A stretch of 64,000 nucleotides of DNA from Nitrospinales bacterium. GTDB lineage: Bacteria; Nitrospinota; Nitrospinia; Nitrospinales; VA-1. Positions 39,597 through 48,921 of the stretch are shown here, piece by piece. The stretch covers positions 2,016,001 through 2,080,000 of the forward strand of contig CBDCXL010000002.1 of the NCBI GenBank assembly GCA_965223795.1, written 5' to 3'. The notes below the pieces were generated by a model. The model saw only the letters and a list, made by a program, of their open reading frames with translations. It was not told the origin of the DNA and ran no database searches. The position numbers and the translations under genes are program-made. The stretch's first letter is position 1. The number at the start of each line of letters is the position of its first letter.

Positions 39597-40748
39597 ATGG
39601 AACAGTGGCAAAAACTTCTGAGCCGCAGTGTGGTCAAGGTCGAAGACCTGCCTTTCCTGCCGGATTCCTCTCCCGAGTACCGGGAGAAACTGAAAAAAGT
39701 CACCGAGATTTTTCCGGTCCGGATCAACGGCTATTTCCTCGATCAGATCAAAGAGGAAAACGACCCCATGTGGAAGCAGGTGGTGCCGACGCTGGAGGAA
39801 CTGGACGATTTCATCAGCGACGAGCAGGCCCTCGATTCGGACCCCCTGAACGAAGAGGGCGACATGCCCGTTCCCGAGCTGGTGCACCGCTACCCGGACC
39901 GGGTGCTGCTCATGGTGAACAACCACTGCCCGATCATCTGCCGGTTCTGTACGCGCAAACGCAAGATCGGTATGCCCGGCATCGTGACGCGCGAAACGCT
40001 GCGCCGCGGCATCGAGTACATCCGCAATCATCCGGAGATCCGCGACGTGATCCTGTCCGGCGGCGATCCGCTACTGGTGCCGGATAAGGAACTGGACCGC
40101 ATTCTGGGCGAGCTCAGGTCGATCCCGCACCTGGAGATCATCCGCATCGGCACGCGCGTGCCCGGCACGCTGCCGCAGCGCGTGACCGAAAAACTGTGCG
40201 CGATTCTGAAAAAGCACCACCCGCTCTATTTCAACATGCACTTCAACCACCCGGCGGAGATCACGCCCGAGGTGGAAGAGGCCTGCAACCGGCTCGCCGA
40301 CACCGGCATCCCCCTGGGCAGCCAGACGGTGCTGCTGGAGGGGGTGAACGACGATTCGGAAACGATGAAAGAGCTGATGCACAAGCTGCTCAAGATGCGG
40401 GTGAAGCCGTATTACATCTACCAGGCCGACATGACCCTGGGCACCAATCATTTCCGCACCACGGTGCAGAAGGGCCTGGATATCCTCAACGACCTGATGG
40501 GCCACACCTCCGGCATGGGCGTGCCTTATTTTGTGATCGACACGCCCGGCGGCGGGGGCAAGGTGCGGCTGTTGCCCAATTCCGTCATCGAACACAACGA
40601 CAAGGAAGTGGTGATCCGCAATTTCGAGGGCAAGGTCTACCGCTATCCCCAGCCCAGCCAGCCCGTGAGCGGCCCGAAACACGGAAACGACACCGATGCC
40701 GCCAAAAGCACCGCGGCTCCGGAGAATCTCTGCCAGCTGCCCGCCTGA
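39597..40748 (+). CDS. kamA: KamA-family radical SAM/PLP lysine 2,3-aminomutase
   Basis: HRYPDRVL, CPIICRFCTR, SGGDPL, PYYIYQAD, IDTPGGGGK (PLP lysine). Confidence 0.9.
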   Translation: MEQWQKLLSRSVVKVEDLPFLPDSSPEYREKLKKVTEIFPVRINGYFLDQIKEENDPMWKQVVPTLEELDDFISDEQALDSDPLNEEGDMPVPELVHRYPDRVLLMVNNHCPIICRFCTRKRKIGMPGIVTRETLRRGIEYIRNHPEIRDVILSGGDPLLVPDKELDRILGELRSIPHLEIIRIGTRVPGTLPQRVTEKLCAILKKHHPLYFNMHFNHPAEITPEVEEACNRLADTGIPLGSQTVLLEGVNDDSETMKELMHKLLKMRVKPYYIYQADMTLGTNHFRTTVQKGLDILNDLMGHTSGMGVPYFVIDTPGGGGKVRLLPNSVIEHNDKEVVIRNFEGKVYRYPQPSQPVSGPKHGNDTDAAKSTAAPENLCQLPA

Positions 40749-40795
40749 TCTGAAACCCTTATATTCATTGAATTAACCAGCTTTCCGGCCGGAAT

Positions 40796-40817
40796 CGCGG
40801 GCGGTTTTGCGCCCGCG
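40796..40817 (+). terminator. GC-rich hairpin after kamA
   Basis: cgcgggcg-gttttg-cgcccgcg perfect 8-bp stem; no U-tract. Confidence 0.4.
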
Positions 40818-40978
40818 CTCCCCTGTATTGCGACCCCCTCCTGAAAACACCCTTCCGGCCGCCAAAACCCAGCTATCTCCCTGAAAAACAAAGATTTTAT
40901 TAGACTCCCATGCGGATTCGCGTTATATTGAATTTATATAAATTTAACCAAAATTAACCAAATTGGGGCGGGTCCCGC

Positions 40979-42583
40979 ATGCGGCGTCATCAGTGTTCCT
41001 TCACATTCATGGCCTTCATTTTCTGTGGCTTATTGCCCGCCTGCGCGGTCCAGCAGGACGCTTTTCGACGCGAAGCGGCGTTGGACACCCCGGTGGAGCC
41101 TTCGGTTGCATCGCAGGATGAGCGCGGGACCGTTGCGCCTGGGGCGAAACACCGGCCACCGCAGCAGCCGGCTCAGCCGGAAAGCGAAAGCCCGGTGGAC
41201 CTCACGCTCACCCAGCCGGAGCTGACGCCGAAAAAACCTACGCTGCGCGGACCGAGGTTCAACCTTTCTGTGGAGAACGCGGACGTTAGGACCGTGCTGT
41301 TCGCTGTGTCGCAGAAGACCGGCCAGAACATCGTCATCGATCCTGAGATCGACAGCCGCGTCACGGTGAATCTTAAAAACGTGACGCTGCCGCAGGTCCT
41401 GGAGCAGGTCCTGGGACCGCTGGGGCTGGACCATGCGATCGAAAATGATTTCATTCGCGTGCGCCGCATGCAGATGGCAACGCGGATCTTTCAACTGAAC
41501 TACATCCTGTCACGGCGGGAAGGCGCCGGCCGTCTTGAGGCGGTGCGGGGCTGGGACGGGACGCACGCGGACCGCCAGCAGGGATCGAAACCGCCGCCGC
41601 GCTCCGCGAACCTCGTCCAGTCTTCCGAGGAGACCGATCTCTGGCAGGAAATCGAGACCGGCCTGCAGCGCATGGTCTCCGGCGCAAGCGGAAAGACGGC
41701 CGCCGGAGCGGAAATAACGTTCGATGCGTATCACTCGATCAACCGGCAGTCCGGCGTGATCCTGGTGCGCGACAGACCGGACGTGCTGCTGCGCGTCGCG
41801 GAATTTCTGGAAGCGGTCGAAGGATCGGTGCAGCGGCAGGTGTTCATCCAGGCGAAGATCCTGGAAGTGTCGCTCAACGATCAGTTCAAGACCGGAATCG
41901 ACTGGCAGGAAGTCGCCGCGCTGCAAGGGGCGGACGCAGAGCCCGGCGGCCTCAAGCTGGGGCTGGGCCGCACGTCGCTGAATGCGGTGATCGACACGCT
42001 CTCCCGGCAGGGCGAGGTGCAGGTCCTTTCGAGTCCGAAACTGGCGACGCTGAACAACCAGCGCGCGGTGATGAAAGCGGGCCGGGAGGATGTGTATTTC
42101 TTTGCCGACGCTCAGGCTGCGGATGCGGAGCGCGCCTTCGTCGCGGCGCCGGTCGCGGAAGGCATCGTTCTGGATGTGGTGCCGCAGATCAACGCCAACG
42201 GCACGATCATGATGAGCATCCACACCCACATCTCGGAAAAAGCGGGAGAGCGGACCTCTCCCGATGGAACCCGTTCGCTGCCGATCCTGGAAGTGCGCGA
42301 ATCGAACAACGTGGTGCTGGCGCGCAACGGCCAGACGGTGGTGATCGGCGGATTGATGAAATCCAGACGCAGCCAAAGCGCCAGAGCGGCGCATCGGTTT
42401 TCCATTCTGGAGCGACTGTTTCCCGGCGAGGGAACGGAGCGCGCGAGATCGGAACTGGTCATCCTGCTGACCCCGGAGATCATGGTGGGGGCGGCCATCG
42501 ACGACAGACTGAAAAAAGAAACGGACCGGCTTGAACGATTCGATCTTTCCGGCCGGTTCCCAATGGGAACCTCCAAACCGTAA
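40979..42583 (+). CDS. MshL-type secretin lipoprotein
   Basis: Lipobox LLPAC, STN domain, QVFIQAKILEV, LSSPKLATLNNQRA, TVVIGGLM, ELVILLTP. Confidence 0.88.
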   Translation: MRRHQCSFTFMAFIFCGLLPACAVQQDAFRREAALDTPVEPSVASQDERGTVAPGAKHRPPQQPAQPESESPVDLTLTQPELTPKKPTLRGPRFNLSVENADVRTVLFAVSQKTGQNIVIDPEIDSRVTVNLKNVTLPQVLEQVLGPLGLDHAIENDFIRVRRMQMATRIFQLNYILSRREGAGRLEAVRGWDGTHADRQQGSKPPPRSANLVQSSEETDLWQEIETGLQRMVSGASGKTAAGAEITFDAYHSINRQSGVILVRDRPDVLLRVAEFLEAVEGSVQRQVFIQAKILEVSLNDQFKTGIDWQEVAALQGADAEPGGLKLGLGRTSLNAVIDTLSRQGEVQVLSSPKLATLNNQRAVMKAGREDVYFFADAQAADAERAFVAAPVAEGIVLDVVPQINANGTIMMSIHTHISEKAGERTSPDGTRSLPILEVRESNNVVLARNGQTVVIGGLMKSRRSQSARAAHRFSILERLFPGEGTERARSELVILLTPEIMVGAAIDDRLKKETDRLERFDLSGRFPMGTSKP

Positions 42584-42591
42584 ACTGAGCC

Positions 42592-44196
42592 ATGTACGAA
42601 CAATTTTACAGACTGACCGAAAAACCCTTCAACCTGACACCCGACCCGAAGTTTTTCTTCATGAGCCGGCAGCACCAGGGTGCGATGGACCATCTGCTGT
42701 ACGGCATCAAGCAGCGGGAGGGGTTCATGGCGGTGGTGGGCGCCGTGGGAACGGGCAAGACCACGTTGTGCCGGTGCCTGCTGGAAAAGCTGGAGCCGAA
42801 AATCAAGGTGGCGCTGGTGCTGAACCCGATGGTTTCGGATATGGACCTGCTTCGGACCTGTGTGCAGGATCTGGGCGTGACGCCGGTGAAAACCCTGGTC
42901 GACGATGCAGCGCCGCAGTTGACGTTCGGTGAGGATATCGGGGAGGATGCCGGTATCGATCCGGAGTCGCTCGCGGTTCCCATCGAAGACGGCGGCGAAA
43001 ACGCGGAGAGCGCGCCTGAAGTGGATGCCATGTCGATGGACGAACTGGTTGTGGAGACCCTTCCGGCGGATGAGCTGAACGGCGACTGGGTTTACGGCGC
43101 GAGCAAGATCGAGCTGATCGACGCGTTGAACGACTTTCTTTTAGAGCAGCACCGGGCGGGCGGTTCCACGGTGCTGATCATCGACGAGGCGCAGAACCTG
43201 TCGCTGGACGTGATGGAGCAGCTGCGCGTGCTTTCCAATCTGGAGACCGAAAAGGAAAAACTGCTGCAGATCATTTTCGTGGGACAGAAGGAGCTGACCG
43301 AAAAACTGCAGCGGCCGGAGTTGAAGCAGCTCAACCAGAGAATCTCGATCCGCTTTGAGATCGGTCCGCTGTCGAAAGAGGAGACGACGCAGTACATCCA
43401 GCACCGGATCCTGATCGCCGGAGCGGGTGCGCGCGTGAGCTTCAACAAGGCGGCGGTCGGCGAGGTGTTCCGCTATTCCAGGGGAACGCCGCGGTTGATC
43501 AACCTGGCGTGCGACCGGGCTCTGCTGGCCGGGTACAACGTGCAGGCGGACACGATCGAGCGCGGGCACGTCAAGCAGGGCGTGCAGAGCCTGCTCGGCA
43601 AGGAAGGCCGCACAAAGCCGGACGGCGGGATTTTCAAATCGCGTGCTCCCGTGTATGCCGTGGCGGCGATTCTGCTGATCGGATTGACGTCGGTGCTGCT
43701 GCCGCGGCTGGATATCGACCTGCACGAAAAAACCCGCAAGTTCCGGTCTTTGATCGCCGCGCTGCCCTTTGTCCCGGCGGGCACCGAATCGGCGCGCACG
43801 CCTGGCCCGAAAGTGAAAAAACCGTCGCCGGCGAAACGGGCTGCCACGGTTCCCTCCAGGGGACCGGACCGCGAGGTGGAAAACAGTCCCACGCAACCGG
43901 CTCCGCAACCGGATGTCGCGGATGCGGTGTTCCCGGCTGTGTTTCCCCAGGGCAAGGGGGATTACCGGATTCAGCTGTATTCTTTGAACGAAGCGGCGAT
44001 GGCGGACGAGGAAGTCGAACGGCTGCGCGAAGAGGGTTTCGACGCCTACTGGAAAAAGGCTTCATCCCGCGGGCAGGATTGGTATATCGTGTACGTGGGT
44101 CCGTTCAAGGACATGAAACCCGCCCGCATTTATCTGGATGCGTTGAAATACTCCGGACGCAACCCGATTCTTCTGTCCGTTTCCAAGTCCGGTTGA
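42592..44196 (+). CDS. ExeA/GspA/MshM-family AAA ATPase with TM segment and C-terminal SPOR-like domain
   Basis: MYEQFY...PF.LTPDPKF, GAVGTGKTT, IIDEAQNL, GTPRLINLACDRALL, YRIQL...WYIVYVGPF. Confidence 0.9.
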   Translation: MYEQFYRLTEKPFNLTPDPKFFFMSRQHQGAMDHLLYGIKQREGFMAVVGAVGTGKTTLCRCLLEKLEPKIKVALVLNPMVSDMDLLRTCVQDLGVTPVKTLVDDAAPQLTFGEDIGEDAGIDPESLAVPIEDGGENAESAPEVDAMSMDELVVETLPADELNGDWVYGASKIELIDALNDFLLEQHRAGGSTVLIIDEAQNLSLDVMEQLRVLSNLETEKEKLLQIIFVGQKELTEKLQRPELKQLNQRISIRFEIGPLSKEETTQYIQHRILIAGAGARVSFNKAAVGEVFRYSRGTPRLINLACDRALLAGYNVQADTIERGHVKQGVQSLLGKEGRTKPDGGIFKSRAPVYAVAAILLIGLTSVLLPRLDIDLHEKTRKFRSLIAALPFVPAGTESARTPGPKVKKPSPAKRAATVPSRGPDREVENSPTQPAPQPDVADAVFPAVFPQGKGDYRIQLYSLNEAAMADEEVERLREEGFDAYWKKASSRGQDWYIVYVGPFKDMKPARIYLDALKYSGRNPILLSVSKSG

Positions 44197-44206
44197 GTGT
44201 GCCGTT

Positions 44207-45808
44207 TTGAGCCTGATTGCCGACAGCCTGAAAAAAGCTTCGCAGGAAAAGAAGGCTGAGTGGAGCCTGCCGCCGGATTACAACGTGGTGTCCCGAAAAC
44301 CGGGAAACGCGCGTGTCGGCACGCTGCTCAAGTTCCTGCTGCTGGTCCTGATTCCGGCGGGCATCCTGATTTATCTGTTCCAAGAAGGCGCGTTCCAATC
44401 CCTTTTGAGCACCCGTTCCGGCACACCGGCCGTCTCGCCGGTTCCCGCTGAATCGGCCGCCACACCCGCTCCCCGCAACGCACCCGTGAGCCGTTACCGT
44501 TCCCCCGCCGAGATCGCGGCGGCGAACGAGAGGACAACCCGCTCCGCCTCTGTCGAAACCGCGGCGCCGGAACCCTCCGCGGCGGTTGCGCCGAAGCCTG
44601 CGATCCAAAAAAAAACACCTATCCCGCCGCCTGAGAAACCCAGGTCCCAAGCGAAACCCGCGGCACGCCAAACGATTTCGCAAGCCGCACCGGCGCGCAA
44701 ACCAGCAAAGGCGGTGAACCCGAAACCGGCGGCAGCCGCACCGGTGGAGCTGGTGACGGCCGAGGCGTCGCACCCGATACCGCAACATCCGCAAACGGTG
44801 AAAAGGCAGGCGGCCGCAACTCTCCAATCCCAGGCCGCGATGCAGCCGGTCCCGAAAATTGCGGGCGCAGTGGGTGCCCGGCCCCTGTCTCCGCAGGCGG
44901 TTGCGATCGCCGCGAAGCCCGCGGATCCGGTTGCTGAAGGCAATTCCCGGCCCGTGCCGAAAGAGCACGCGTCCGAGGCCGGTTTTGTGTCCCCGCAGGC
45001 CGTGGCGCCGAAAGCCGTGCTCCCGGCCGGAGAGACGAAGAACGTGCGGATTCAGACGCCACAGGCCGCATCCCGGGTCGACGCTGCGGTGCTTGAGCCT
45101 GCACCCGTGACTGCGAGAACGGAAACCCCGGTCCCCGCGAACAAGGCGGTCGAGGGCGAACAAAACGGTATCGCTTCCCCGTTCTCGGCGGAACAGATCC
45201 AGCTGCTCGATGCGCCCGCTTCCGATGCGCTGTTTCAAAGCGGCGATTATCATTTCAACCGGGCGCTGTTTTACCAGCAGGCCAAAGACTGGGATAAAGC
45301 GCTCGTCAGCTATAGCCGGGCGGCCGAGCTGGATCCGGACAACGCCGACACCTACAACAACAAAGGGGTGATTTACAAGGAATTGGGACAGTACGACCGG
45401 GCGGTGGAGGAACTGCTGCGGGCGGTGTTCCTCAAGCCGGACTACGGCAAGGCATACAACAACATCGGCGTGGTATACTATCTGCAAAATAAATACGACG
45501 AGGCGATCCGCAACTACCGCAAAGCGATCGAGATCGACCCGGCCAATCTGGAGGCGTTCAACAACCTGGCCATTGCGTATAAAAACCGCGGCGAGCCCTT
45601 GAAAGCTCAGAGGGTGTTGAACCGCGCACTTTCTCTCGATGCCGATCATCCGGCCACCAATTACAATCTGGCGGTGTTTTATGAAGAAGCGGGGGACAGG
45701 ACCTCGGCGCTGCATTATTACCGGCGTTTTTTACAAGTGGGCACGGCCGGGCACCCGTTGCTGGTGCTCAAGGTGAAACAGCATGTGAAGTCGCTTGCAC
45801 AGCGCTGA
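44207..45808 (+). CDS. MshN/GspB-like membrane-anchored TPR protein with long Pro/Ala-rich linker
   Basis: MSLIADSLKK N-terminus, TM helix, low-complexity linker, about 5 TPR repeats. Confidence 0.8.
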   Translation: MSLIADSLKKASQEKKAEWSLPPDYNVVSRKPGNARVGTLLKFLLLVLIPAGILIYLFQEGAFQSLLSTRSGTPAVSPVPAESAATPAPRNAPVSRYRSPAEIAAANERTTRSASVETAAPEPSAAVAPKPAIQKKTPIPPPEKPRSQAKPAARQTISQAAPARKPAKAVNPKPAAAAPVELVTAEASHPIPQHPQTVKRQAAATLQSQAAMQPVPKIAGAVGARPLSPQAVAIAAKPADPVAEGNSRPVPKEHASEAGFVSPQAVAPKAVLPAGETKNVRIQTPQAASRVDAAVLEPAPVTARTETPVPANKAVEGEQNGIASPFSAEQIQLLDAPASDALFQSGDYHFNRALFYQQAKDWDKALVSYSRAAELDPDNADTYNNKGVIYKELGQYDRAVEELLRAVFLKPDYGKAYNNIGVVYYLQNKYDEAIRNYRKAIEIDPANLEAFNNLAIAYKNRGEPLKAQRVLNRALSLDADHPATNYNLAVFYEEAGDRTSALHYYRRFLQVGTAGHPLLVLKVKQHVKSLAQR

Positions 45809-45859
45809 AGAAAACGTGAAAGCGAAAGCGCGCCGCGTCCGCGGCCTTTATTTTGAGTC

Positions 45860-46531
45860 ATGAAAAAACTCCGAAAAGGAATCAAGAAAAATCTGATCGC
45901 GGGCCTATTGGTCATCGTGCCGACGGCCCTGACCTACATGGTGCTGGCGTTCGTCATCCGCAACGTGGATAAGGCCATGCACCCGATCATCATCAAGGTG
46001 TTCGGCCCCGAGGGCCCGCAGCTGATGGAGCAGTACCACATCCCCGGTACGGGCGTGCTGTTTCTGGTGCTGTTCATCATTCTGGTGGGGCTGTTCGCCA
46101 CGAATTTTCTCGGCAGGAAGGTGCTGCAGCTGGGGGAGAGGATCGTTCACAACATCCCCTTCGTGCGGGTGATCTACACCAGCATCAAAAAGGTGGTCGA
46201 CACCATCTCGCAGACCGAAACGCCTTCGTTTCAGGAGATGGTGCTTTTGACCTACCCGCGGCCACCTTTGAAGACGCTGGGGATCGTGTGCGGGCCGACG
46301 AAAGGGGAAATCGCGGCCATGAACAATTCGGATTCGATCAATGTGTTCGTTCCCACCTCGCCCAACCCGACAACCGGGTTTCTGCTGGTGGTTCCCAAGC
46401 GGGACCTGGTGTTTCTGGATATGTCGGTGGAAGACGGTCTGAAGATGATCATCTCTTTCGGGATGGTCAACAACGCCCAGCCGGAAGACGCCGACGCTGT
46501 TGCAGAGATGTCTTTGAAGTCGAAAGAATGA
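45860..46531 (+). CDS. DUF502 membrane protein
   Basis: IPFVRVIY, VFVPTSPNPTTGF, MSVEDGLKMIISFG. Confidence 0.9.
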   Translation: MKKLRKGIKKNLIAGLLVIVPTALTYMVLAFVIRNVDKAMHPIIIKVFGPEGPQLMEQYHIPGTGVLFLVLFIILVGLFATNFLGRKVLQLGERIVHNIPFVRVIYTSIKKVVDTISQTETPSFQEMVLLTYPRPPLKTLGIVCGPTKGEIAAMNNSDSINVFVPTSPNPTTGFLLVVPKRDLVFLDMSVEDGLKMIISFGMVNNAQPEDADAVAEMSLKSKE

Positions 46532-46540
46532 GGGGGCGGT

Positions 46541-47143
46541 TTATTTTTTCCGGTTCTTTCTCTTGCCCGCCAGCTTTTCGCTGATGTTTTTCGCCACCCG
46601 CACGTTTAGCTTGCTCAGGACCTTTCCCGCTACCTTGCTCTTCATCCCGGAAATGATCTGAATGGCGAGGTCCTCGTTGATGGCTTCTAAAAGATTGGCC
46701 GCCTCCTGCGGCTTCATGCTGGAATAGGCTTTCACCAGCGCCTCGACATTTTTCTTGATCAGGTTTTTCTGAATCCCGATCTGTTCCTGACTTTTGGCGA
46801 TGGCGTCTTCTATTTTTTTCAGGTCTTCCTGGATCTTCTGCTCCAGCGCCTTGAGGTGCTGTTCCCGTAACTGAATGTTCTCCTCCCGCTGTTTCAGGTC
46901 GCGGTTTTTTTTCTCGATCATTTCGATCATGCGGAAGGTTTCCGGGCTGACGCCGGGCACCGGGCCGGGCAGGCTCACCGGGGGCGCGGGCTCGCTTTCT
47001 TCGGCGGCAGGAGCGTCCGCGGTTTCGGCCTCTTCTTCCTGGGCGAACGCGGCGTTGCCCGGAGTGCTCTGATCGACGATCTCCGCGGCAAGCAGCAGAA
47101 CGGCGAAAAAAAGCGGGATGAGGATGGAGGCGCGTGCTTTCAT
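46541..47143 (-). CDS. MotE/FlbB-like flagellar protein (MgtE-N-like C-terminus)
   Basis: Coiled coil then LVKAYSSMKPQEAA; directly downstream of fliJ. Confidence 0.75.
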   Translation of the reverse strand: MKARASILIPLFFAVLLLAAEIVDQSTPGNAAFAQEEEAETADAPAAEESEPAPPVSLPGPVPGVSPETFRMIEMIEKKNRDLKQREENIQLREQHLKALEQKIQEDLKKIEDAIAKSQEQIGIQKNLIKKNVEALVKAYSSMKPQEAANLLEAINEDLAIQIISGMKSKVAGKVLSKLNVRVAKNISEKLAGKRKNRKK

Positions 47144-47153
47144 GGTTTCGGGT

Positions 47154-47588
47154 TCACGTATTCAGCCGCCAGACGTTGGCGCCGGTTTCGTCCTGGATCG
47201 CGATTTCCTTTTTGAACGCCGCCTTTTTCTGCCGGGCGGCTTCGTTTTCCTTGAGGATCTCCAGGGTCCGCCGCTGACGTACGGCTTCGATGAGTTCGGC
47301 CCGCTTGAGCCGGGATTTTTCCTCGATCTGGGCGATGATCTGATCCTGCCGTTTTTTTTCGTTGTTCACGCCGGAAAAAAAATGACCGTACAGCACCACC
47401 TGGTCGATGTTCAGGGTCTGCCCCATTTTCTGAGTGAGTTCTTTTTTCCGGTCGGCCGCGATGTCCTGCATGAACTGCAGGCGTTTTTTCTGGTTCTCAA
47501 GATGGGCATCGATCACGCCCAGCTCTCTCGCGATCTGGTCTTCGCGGCTTTTGCGGATCTTGAGCAGGGTTTCGAAGCGGAATTTCAA
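47154..47588 (-). CDS. fliJ: Flagellar export protein FliJ
   Basis: FRFETLLKIR...RRTLEILK...DE; follows fliI. Confidence 0.88.
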   Translation of the reverse strand: MKFRFETLLKIRKSREDQIARELGVIDAHLENQKKRLQFMQDIAADRKKELTQKMGQTLNIDQVVLYGHFFSGVNNEKKRQDQIIAQIEEKSRLKRAELIEAVRQRRTLEILKENEAARQKKAAFKKEIAIQDETGANVWRLNT

Positions 47589-48916
47589 AACGTGCGCCCT
47601 TCAAGAATCATCCGCAGTCCCTGGATGCTGTCATCGAGGGACACGGATTCGTGAATCTTCTGTTTGAGATACGCGTTCATGGCTTCGATCTTGTTGAGCG
47701 CGTCGTCGATTTTGGGATTGCTGCCTTTGGTGTATGCGCCGATGTTGATGAGGTCCTCCGCTTCCTTGTAGGTCGCCAGCACGTCGCGGAAGCGCATGGC
47801 AAGGTCCAGGTGATCCTGGGAAACGACGTCGATCATCAGGCGGCTGATGCTGTTGAGCACGTCGATCGCGGGATAGTGGTTGTGCGCGGCCAGCTCGCGG
47901 CTCAACACGATGTGCCCGTCGATGATGGCGCGCACGGCGTCGGACACCGGTTCGTTGAGGTCGTCGCCTTCGACGAGCACGGTGTACAGCCCGGTGATCG
48001 AGCCCGCGCCTTTGTGGGTTCCGGCGCGTTCCAGCAGTTTGGGGAGCAGCGAAAACACCGAGGGCGGGTAGCCCCGGGTTGTCGGCGGCTCGCCGACGGA
48101 CAGGCCGATCTCCCGCTGGGCCAGGGCGAAGCGGGTGAGCGAGTCCATCATGAGGAGGACGTCTTTGCCCTGATCGCGGAAATACTCGGCGATGGCGGTG
48201 GCGGTGAACGCGCCGCGCAGACGGACCAGCGGCGGTTGATCGGATGCGGCGGCGACGACGACCGATTTTTCCAGGCCGTCTTCTCCCAGGTTTTCCTCGA
48301 TGAACTCTTTGACCTCGCGTCCGCGCTCGCCGATGAGCGCGATCACGATCACGTCGGCCGCGGTGTAGCGTGCGATCATGCCCAGCAGCACCGACTTGCC
48401 CACGCCGGTCCCCGCCATGATGCCGATCCGCTGTCCCTTGGCGCAGGTGAGCAGTCCGTTCACGGAGCGGATGCCGATGTCCAAAGACTGCCTCAGCCGG
48501 GTCCGTTCCATCGGGTTCGCCGGCGCGCCCATGATGGGGTAGTCCCGGCCGGGAGCGCAGGGGCCCTTGCCGTCGAGAGGGCGGCCGTTGCCGTCGATGA
48601 TGCGGCCGATGAGCTGATCGCTCACGTTCACGCTGGGGTATTCGTCCTCGGAGACGATGGGACTCCCCGGCTGCACGCCCATCAGATCGCCCAGCGGCAT
48701 GAGCAGCGTGCTGTCGTCGCGAAAACCCACCACCTGGGCTTCCACGGGCGGCCGGTCGTTGCCGGGGTGGATGGTGCACAGGCTGCCGATGGAGGCGGCC
48801 GGGCCCTGGCCTTCGAGGATGAGCCCGATGATCCGTTTCACCTTGCCGGTTTTGCGGATGAACGCGGCGCTTTCGATGAAGGAACGGTATTTTTTAAGAT
48901 CGATGGTGTCCGTCAC
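47585..48916 (-). CDS. fliI: Flagellar export ATPase FliI
   Basis: AGTGVGKS, IGERGREV, DSLTRFA, GEPPTTRGYPPS. Confidence 0.96.
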   Translation of the reverse strand: MTDTIDLKKYRSFIESAAFIRKTGKVKRIIGLILEGQGPAASIGSLCTIHPGNDRPPVEAQVVGFRDDSTLLMPLGDLMGVQPGSPIVSEDEYPSVNVSDQLIGRIIDGNGRPLDGKGPCAPGRDYPIMGAPANPMERTRLRQSLDIGIRSVNGLLTCAKGQRIGIMAGTGVGKSVLLGMIARYTAADVIVIALIGERGREVKEFIEENLGEDGLEKSVVVAAASDQPPLVRLRGAFTATAIAEYFRDQGKDVLLMMDSLTRFALAQREIGLSVGEPPTTRGYPPSVFSLLPKLLERAGTHKGAGSITGLYTVLVEGDDLNEPVSDAVRAIIDGHIVLSRELAAHNHYPAIDVLNSISRLMIDVVSQDHLDLAMRFRDVLATYKEAEDLINIGAYTKGSNPKIDDALNKIEAMNAYLKQKIHESVSLDDSIQGLRMILEGRTF

Positions 48917-48921
48917 TTAAG

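Noticed and set aside
39597..40748. EpmB (EF-P modification) or glutamate 2,3-aminomutase assignment
   Set aside because: DTPGGGGK and the Asp/Asp substrate residues fit KamA-type lysine aminomutases; no efp or epmA is adjacent
44400..45200. Tandem repeat or CRISPR-like array in the Pro/Ala-rich stretch
   Set aside because: Low-complexity protein linker with no regular DNA repeat-spacer units
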